A stretch of 64,000 bases of DNA from an uncultured Planctomycetia bacterium (GTDB lineage: Bacteria; Omnitrophota; Gorgyraeia; Pluralincolimonadales; Pluralincolimonadaceae), in the NCBI GenBank assembly GCA_964650515.1, contig CAZYUB010000004.1, forward strand, positions 5,541 to 69,540, written 5' to 3'. The notes beneath the pieces are model-generated. The model had not been told where the DNA came from. It ran no database searches and worked only from the letters and a program-made list of their open reading frames with translations. The position numbers and the translations under genes were made by a program. Shown in pieces: positions 58,663 through 64,000 of this stretch; position 1 is the stretch's first letter; the number at the start of each line of letters is the position of its first letter.

Positions 58663-58927
58663 CGCCCGCTGGGACAGGAAGCTCCCCCGCGACGATAATC
58701 CCGACGAGAAGATACAGGTCGAGGCATCATTCAGTAACGGCTCGGTAACTCCGCGCAGGTTCTTTTATGCCGGGACGGTCCACCAGGTAAAAGAGATAAC
58801 GTTCCGCTGGAAGGAGCGCGTCGGCGCGGAGCAGTTCTATTATTTCAACGTGGCCGACGGCGTCGACGTATATAAGATATATTTCGGGGACAAGGGCCTC
58901 GTCTGGAGGATATCGAGGGTTGAATAG
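58649..58927 (+). CDS. Hypothetical small protein (92 aa) in the lexA-dinB operon
   Basis: Overlaps lexA by 14 nt; the dinB ATG is 8 nt after its stop. Confidence 0.4.
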   Translation: MFNPNARWDRKLPRDDNPDEKIQVEASFSNGSVTPRRFFYAGTVHQVKEITFRWKERVGAEQFYYFNVADGVDVYKIYFGDKGLVWRISRVE

Positions 58928-58934
58928 GGTGATA

Positions 58935-60119
58935 ATGCATATAGACATGGACGCGTTCTTCGCTTCGATAGAGCAGGCGTCCGACCCGCGCCTGCGCGGA
59001 AAGCCCGTGATAGTCGGCGGCAAAGCGAACAAGCAGAGGACCGTAGTATGCGCGGCCTCATACGAGGCGAAGCGCATGGGCATAGATTCCGCGATGAGCG
59101 TGGCCGAGGCGTTCAGGATATGCCCGCAGGCCGAGTTCGTCGCCGCCGACACCGCCAAATACATCTTCACGTCCCACGCGATATTCGACATGCTCAAGCC
59201 CTACAGCCCGCGCGTCGAGCAGGCGTCCGTGGATGAGTTCTGGCTCGACATGACCGGGACGGAAAAATTCCTCGGCCCCGCCAAAGAAGCAGCGCGCGCG
59301 ATAAAAGAGAGGATACGCTCGGAGTTCGGCGTGACAGCTTCCGTCGGGATATCGTCGAGCAGGCTGTTCGCGAAGATCGCGTCAAAACTGAAAAAGCCCG
59401 ACGGGCTAGTGGTGCTCGACAAGGATGATATAGCGGAGACGCTGAAGGAGATGCCGGTAGGTAAGATAACGGGGATAGGCAGGAGCACGAGGGAACGGCT
59501 CAACGGCTTCGGGATATTCGTTTATTCCGATATGGCCAGGTTCGGGATGGATTTCTACCGCGATAAGTTCGGGAAGCTCGGGCTGTGGCTCTACGGCGTG
59601 TCCCGCGGCGAGGACGGATTATTCATTCCCTCATGGCAGGCCGAGGAGGCGCCTCCCAAATCTGTCGGCCATTCATATACGCTCCCTTATAACGCGCATA
59701 ACCCTGAGCTTATAGAGGCATGGATAAGGTTATTGTGCGAGATGGTCGCGTCGCGGCTGCGTTCGCTCGGGCTTGAGGGAAGGCGCCTGCATGTCTTCCT
59801 GAGGCAGCCGGATATGGGTTTCGTAGCGAAACAGAAGATGTTCGGTGTCCCGACGTCCGACGGGGCGGAGATGTTCCTGCGCGCCATGGCGGTGATCGGC
59901 ATTACGGCCGCAAACGGCCACGTACCGCGCGGGCTGAAGGGGTTCCGCCTGCGCGCGCTCGGCGTCTGCGCCTCGGCGCTTACGCCTGCCTGCGGCAGCT
60001 GCCTGCTGGAGACGGATATAAAGAGACGGAAACTGATAAAGTCCGTGGACGAGATAAACGGCAGGTTCGGCGAATGGACGGTCTATCCCGCGAGGGTCAG
60101 CGGCCTGCGGCCTACATGA
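58935..60119 (+). CDS. dinB: Y-family DNA polymerase IV (DinB)
   Basis: MHIDMDAFFASIEQ, catalytic SVDEFWLD, SIGISSSRLFAKIAS. Confidence 0.85.
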   Translation: MHIDMDAFFASIEQASDPRLRGKPVIVGGKANKQRTVVCAASYEAKRMGIDSAMSVAEAFRICPQAEFVAADTAKYIFTSHAIFDMLKPYSPRVEQASVDEFWLDMTGTEKFLGPAKEAARAIKERIRSEFGVTASVGISSSRLFAKIASKLKKPDGLVVLDKDDIAETLKEMPVGKITGIGRSTRERLNGFGIFVYSDMARFGMDFYRDKFGKLGLWLYGVSRGEDGLFIPSWQAEEAPPKSVGHSYTLPYNAHNPELIEAWIRLLCEMVASRLRSLGLEGRRLHVFLRQPDMGFVAKQKMFGVPTSDGAEMFLRAMAVIGITAANGHVPRGLKGFRLRALGVCASALTPACGSCLLETDIKRRKLIKSVDEINGRFGEWTVYPARVSGLRPT

Positions 60120-61344
60120 GCGATCCGGAGAGGTTCCTGAGGACCGGGACGGCTTCCTTTACGACGACCGGGTCGAACTGGCTGCCGGCGCATTTCTCGA
60201 TCTCCTCGCAGGCGGTCTCCTTCGACATCGCCCTGCGGTATGTCCTGGTAGAAGTCATCGCGTCGAAGGCGTCCGCGATAGATATTATCTTCGTGCCTAC
60301 GGGTATCTGGTCGCCCTTCAGGCCGACGGGATAGCCCCTGCCGTCGAACCGTTCATGGTCTGAGCTGGCTATCAGCGCGACATCCTTGAAATCGGTTATC
60401 GTCTCGAGAAGGTCGCGCGTGTATACCGCGTGCAGTTTTACGGTGTCGAACTCCTCCGGCGTGAGCTTGCCCGGCTTGTTTATGAGGCTCCTCGATATGC
60501 CGAGCTTGCCTACGTCATGCAGCAGCGCGGACCATTTCGTCTTGGTTATGTCGTCGTGCGAGAGGTTCATCGCGAGGGCTATCAGCATCGAGTAGACCGA
60601 CACCCTCTTTGAATGGCCTATCATCGAGGGATGTTTCGTGTCTATAAGCTGCGAGAAGACCTCGCAGGCGATGCCGACGGCGTCGACGCTCGCGGGGATA
60701 TCTATCTGCCCGGTCTCGGACCTTACCCTCTTGAAGACGTCCGCGACCTTGTCTTTTTCCATCACCTCGTCGAGGATCCTGCTTTTCTTCATGATATCGA
60801 GCACGGTATCGACGAGTTCTCCCGAAGCGCGCTCGTTCCTCCAGGATATCATCGCCTTCTCGACGTCCGCGATGCCCTGGACCGACTCGTCCCTCAGGAG
60901 CAGGTCGAGCTGGTCGGCTATCTGTATGACCTGCGCGCCGAGCGGGATCTCGTTGCGCTGCCTGCCGAGCGGGTATCCCTTGCCGTTATACCATTCATGG
61001 TGGTTCAGGATCAGTTTCGCTATCGTGGAAAGGTTCGGTATCTGGCTGGTCAATTCGGCGCCGATTATGGTATGCGAGAGTATTATCGGGTTCTGGCGCG
61101 GGTCCTCGTGCGTGAAGAGGTAATGCGTTATATGCTCAGGAAGCGCGAGGTATCCGATGTCATGCAGGAGGGAGGCGTAGAAGATATCCTTTCTTTCGCC
61201 GGGATCTATCGTCTTCGCGAACTCGGACGAGAAGATGCCGACGCGCCACGAGTGGTAGAGGTTGGTGCCTTCGCTCATCACGTCGAGCACGTAGGCTATA
61301 GCGGAGACAAGCTCATTTATCGTCCTGGTAGTGTTTATCTCCAT
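60112..61344 (-). CDS. Tandem HD-GYP domain phosphodiesterase
   Basis: Two HD...GYP units: LLHDIGYLA/KGYPLG and LLHDVGKLGI/GRGYPVG. Confidence 0.75.
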   Translation of the reverse strand: MEINTTRTINELVSAIAYVLDVMSEGTNLYHSWRVGIFSSEFAKTIDPGERKDIFYASLLHDIGYLALPEHITHYLFTHEDPRQNPIILSHTIIGAELTSQIPNLSTIAKLILNHHEWYNGKGYPLGRQRNEIPLGAQVIQIADQLDLLLRDESVQGIADVEKAMISWRNERASGELVDTVLDIMKKSRILDEVMEKDKVADVFKRVRSETGQIDIPASVDAVGIACEVFSQLIDTKHPSMIGHSKRVSVYSMLIALAMNLSHDDITKTKWSALLHDVGKLGISRSLINKPGKLTPEEFDTVKLHAVYTRDLLETITDFKDVALIASSDHERFDGRGYPVGLKGDQIPVGTKIISIADAFDAMTSTRTYRRAMSKETACEEIEKCAGSQFDPVVVKEAVPVLRNLSGSLM

Positions 61345-61413
61345 GCTCGTAATAAGTTAACACAGAAGTTTTGCGTTGTCAATCCGGCTGTTCGAGCGGT
61401 ATAATCATCTGCG

Positions 61414-62028
61414 ATGAGCCGGATAAATGTAGTATACGAGGACGAACGTATCATGGTCGTCGAAAAGCCGGCGGGGATGCTCGTTGTCCCCGCGCCGGGC
61501 GATACCCGTAAGACGCTCACCGACCTGCTGAACCATGACGCATCCTTTCGCGTGCAGCCGTGCCACCGCATTGACAGGGATACATCCGGCTTGATACTAT
61601 ATGCGAAGGGCAAGGGCACCCAGCAGGCGATGATGGAGGAGTTCAAACAGCGCCGCGTGAAGAAGTCGTATATCGCGTTTGTGAACGGCCTGCTCGCGGG
61701 CAGGTCGGGGACGATAGACCGCCCGATAGAAGGCAAGAGGGCCGTCACGAGATACAGTGTCGCCGAGCAGCGCGGGGATTTCGCGGTCGTAGATGTCGAG
61801 CCGCTGACCGGGCGCACGAACCAGATCAGGATACATTTCAAGGCGATAGGCCATCCGTTGGTAGGCGAGAGGAAGTTCGCTTTCGCGAAGGATTTCAAAC
61901 TCAAGTTCAGGCGCGCGGCGCTCCATTCGCAGAAGATAGAGTTTTTTCATCCGGGTACCGGAGAGGCGATGTCGTTCACGTCGCCGATGCCGGATGACAT
62001 GAGGAAGTTCCTCGAAGAGAATAAATGA
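61414..62028 (+). CDS. RluA-family pseudouridine synthase (short form)
   Basis: Catalytic HRIDRDTSGLILYAK. Confidence 0.8.
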   Translation: MSRINVVYEDERIMVVEKPAGMLVVPAPGDTRKTLTDLLNHDASFRVQPCHRIDRDTSGLILYAKGKGTQQAMMEEFKQRRVKKSYIAFVNGLLAGRSGTIDRPIEGKRAVTRYSVAEQRGDFAVVDVEPLTGRTNQIRIHFKAIGHPLVGERKFAFAKDFKLKFRRAALHSQKIEFFHPGTGEAMSFTSPMPDDMRKFLEENK

Positions 62029-62041
62029 AAGGAGGCTGGCG

Positions 62042-62728
62042 ATGAAGAGAGTATTTGTATTGGCAATGGCGGGCATGTTCGCTGCGTCGATGCTGGCGGT
62101 GTCCCCGAAAGCATATGCCGACAAGTGGGAAGATCTCGTGACGGAGGCCCAGAAGGTGCTCGATGAGGTCAATTCGATGCCGGATACGTCGATCCCGTCG
62201 GATATGTTCAAGAAATGCAAGGCGATAGCGATATTCCCGTCGACCGTGGGCGGAGGGTTCATATTCGGCGCCAAATACGGGCAGGGCGTCGTGCTCTATA
62301 AGGACGACAAGTGCAACTGGAGCGCCCCGGCCGTGTTTAATATAGGAGGGGGCAGTTTCGGTTTGCAGATAGGCGGGCAGGCATCGGACCTTATACTTGT
62401 GATCATGAACGATCGAGGCGTTGACGGCTTCCTCGCGAGCAAGTTCACGCTCGGAGCCGACGCTTCTGTGGCGGCGGGGCCTGTCGGAAGGGACACGCAG
62501 GCGGCGACCGACCTCCAGCTGAAGGGCGGGATATTCTCGTATTCGAGGTCGCGCGGAGCGTTTGCCGGAGTGAAAGTAGAGGGCAACGCTATATCGCAGA
62601 ATAAGGAAGGCAACAAGGCGTTATATAAGAAGGAATTGACGGCGAAAGAGATATTGAAGGAACACGCCGCGACACCGACCGCCGCGGGCCAGGCGCTCCT
62701 AAAGGACCTGGAGAAGTACTGCAAATAA
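62042..62728 (+). CDS. SYLF/Ysc84 (DUF500) lipid-binding-domain lipoprotein
   Basis: Signal peptide; AIAIFPSTVGGGFIFGAKYGQGV...GGGSFGLQIGGQ. Confidence 0.6.
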   Translation: MKRVFVLAMAGMFAASMLAVSPKAYADKWEDLVTEAQKVLDEVNSMPDTSIPSDMFKKCKAIAIFPSTVGGGFIFGAKYGQGVVLYKDDKCNWSAPAVFNIGGGSFGLQIGGQASDLILVIMNDRGVDGFLASKFTLGADASVAAGPVGRDTQAATDLQLKGGIFSYSRSRGAFAGVKVEGNAISQNKEGNKALYKKELTAKEILKEHAATPTAAGQALLKDLEKYCK

Positions 62729-62734
62729 AATTAG

Positions 62735-62774
62735 GTAGGGACGGTTCTTGAGCCAATCGGGGAACCGTCCCTAT
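62735..62774. repeat. Family-1 hairpin repeat copy 4 (perfect 10-bp stem) between convergent genes
   Basis: GTAGGGACGGTTCTTGAGCCAATCGGGGAACCGTCCCTATTG. Confidence 0.8.
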
Positions 62775-63349
62775 TGTATATGAGGGGTGAGGACGATCTC
62801 GAGGCTGCGGCTGGACGAGGTCGTGAAGAAATGCCTGTCGAAATCCCTGTCCTTTTCGAGCCCGCCGATGACAAGGGGCTGGCCGTCATAGGCGATGACC
62901 GTCGTGCTTAATTTTTGTATATCTATAACGCCGCGCTTCCTGTCCGCGAGGAAGCTTATCTGGGGCGTCAGCGTTATCTCTACGGAACCGTTGCCTATGA
63001 TGCGCGGCTCAACCTTGAGCTTGGTGCCGACCTCTTTTATGGTTACATTCGAAGAGATATAAGCGTTGTCATAGAGGAAATTCACGTAGTATTCTACGTA
63101 TGGGACCTCTTCGCCCACGAATATGCTCGCCGAGAGGCCGTCGGATACCACGATGAATTGTTTTGTGTAGGAGCTGCTCCTGCCGGTGCGCCATTTTGCC
63201 GCGCCTATGCCTTTGCCGCTCTCCCCGTATTCCTTGAACTCGACGTCGATCCGCACGTTCCTCGGCAGATAGTCCGTCTGCGCCAAAGCCGGCGCCGCGA
63301 CAACGGCCAAAAAGGCGGCCAAAGCAAGAAAACCCGTTATTTTCGCCAT
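62771..63349 (-). CDS. Lipoprotein with a secretin-like C-terminal region
   Basis: Signal peptide; [15 protein letters not shown] resembles the secretin signature (DGQT.VIGGL). Confidence 0.4.
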   Translation of the reverse strand: MAKITGFLALAAFLAVVAAPALAQTDYLPRNVRIDVEFKEYGESGKGIGAAKWRTGRSSSYTKQFIVVSDGLSASIFVGEEVPYVEYYVNFLYDNAYISSNVTIKEVGTKLKVEPRIIGNGSVEITLTPQISFLADRKRGVIDIQKLSTTVIAYDGQPLVIGGLEKDRDFDRHFFTTSSSRSLEIVLTPHIQ

Positions 63350-63417
63350 ATCGCACCTCCGCCGGTATCATATCACTTATTGTCACCCGGGGCAATTCCT
63401 GTTATAATTACCCTACT

Positions 63418-63834
63418 ATGAGATCCTACACGGAATACCTGGTTTTCAATACGGAGAAACGTTACGATATCATAAATATCACGCCGCACGTCGGGAAGGC
63501 CGTCGAGAAGAGCGGGATAAAGGAAGGGCTCTGCCTCGTCAACGCGATGCATATAACGGCGAGCGTCTTCATCAACGACGATGAATCCGGCCTACATAAG
63601 GATATCCTCGACTGGGTCGAGAAACTGGCGCCTTACGGCAAGGATAGATACAGGCATAATATGACCGGCGAGGACAACGGCGACGCTCACCTGAAGAGGG
63701 CTATAATGGGCCGCGAGGTCGTCGTGGCGATCACTAAGGGAAAGATGGACTTCGGCCCGTGGGAGCAGATATTTTACGGCGAATTCGACGGGCAGAGAAA
63801 AAAGAGGGTGCTCGTGAAGGTCATCGGGGAGTGA
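63418..63834 (+). CDS. YjbQ/UPF0047 family (secondary thiamine-phosphate synthase)
   Basis: [19 protein letters not shown]... Confidence 0.75.
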   Translation: MRSYTEYLVFNTEKRYDIINITPHVGKAVEKSGIKEGLCLVNAMHITASVFINDDESGLHKDILDWVEKLAPYGKDRYRHNMTGEDNGDAHLKRAIMGREVVVAITKGKMDFGPWEQIFYGEFDGQRKKRVLVKVIGE

Positions 63835-63835
63835 T

Positions 63836-64000
63836 ATGAAGACGGCGGCATCAGAGGGGCTGTTTTTCCAGTGGCACATAACCGACGCGTGCAATTTCAG
63901 GTGCAGGCACTGCTACCGGGATATTTTCACCCGCGACTCCGAGCTCGCCCTGCCGGAGCTCATAAAGGTATACGAGAATATAGCCCCGTACTCAAAGGGC
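63836..64000 (+). CDS. Radical SAM protein (3'-truncated by window)
   Basis: CNFRCRHC (CxxxCxxC) 20 aa from the start. Confidence 0.7.
   Translation, partial: MKTAASEGLFFQWHITDACNFRCRHCYRDIFTRDSELALPELIKVYENIAPYSKG

Noticed and set aside
1-64000. Search for CRISPR arrays, tRNA and rRNA genes
   Set aside because: No regularly spaced direct repeats of 25-40 bp with unique spacers. No cloverleaf-compatible segments with GTTCRANYC-type T-loops were seen in the intergenic regions. Intergenic spaces are mostly under 100 bp.

Overview
This is a GC-rich bacterial chromosomal segment with about 73 protein-coding genes. Almost all are on the + strand, tightly packed, with many overlapping stop/start codons. 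No rRNA, tRNA or CRISPR array was found.

Core content:
- Fe-S cluster assembly: sufC/sufD at the 5' edge, and an Rrf2(IscR-like)-cysK-iscS-nifU block at 46.8-50.0 kb.
- A split feoB followed by feoA.
- Redox and repair genes: OsmC, Tpx, MsrBA, an SRAP peptidase, and a lexA-(small ORF)-dinB unit.
- A UvrD-type helicase fused to a Cas4-like Fe-S nuclease.
- Metal homeostasis: a CDF transporter, a His-rich outer-membrane protein and a YHS-domain permease.
- TrpB2, two glycoside-hydrolase-like genes, CstA, Maf, RluA, a tandem HD-GYP protein and others.

The accessory part is an AT-rich defence island at about 14.8-30.4 kb. It holds a NYN-domain gene, Fic, RadC, and a type I restriction-modification (RM) operon, hsdM-hsdS-[X-Y]-hsdR. 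The [X-Y] cassette nested between hsdS and hsdR is a ParB/Srx-like protein plus a Dam-family (D12) adenine methyltransferase; this is the most likely candidate for an undescribed system. Behind the RM operon sit toxin-antitoxin (TA) cassettes (AbrB/RelE, DUF4258/DUF2283, an ORF6N gene). Three of them carry a conserved 5' leader whose 14-nt arm pairs with, and would sequester, the Shine-Dalgarno (SD) sequence.

A second AT-rich block at 1.8-5.9 kb encodes three secreted proteins, including a 1030-aa alpha/beta-hydrolase with a Ca-binding-like Asp-rich segment.

Three families of short palindromic repeats were found:
- a 34-bp hairpin (GGGACGGTTCTTGAGCCAA..GAAGTGTCCC) sitting just after four + strand stop codons, terminator-like;
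- a GGGGACGTGTCAC-based triplet element found four times, twice inserted in-frame inside the helicase gene;
- a 47-bp hairpin element present as an inverted pair flanking a 2.4-kb cassette.

All protein-family assignments rest on motifs recognised by eye in the translated ORFs. No database searches were run.
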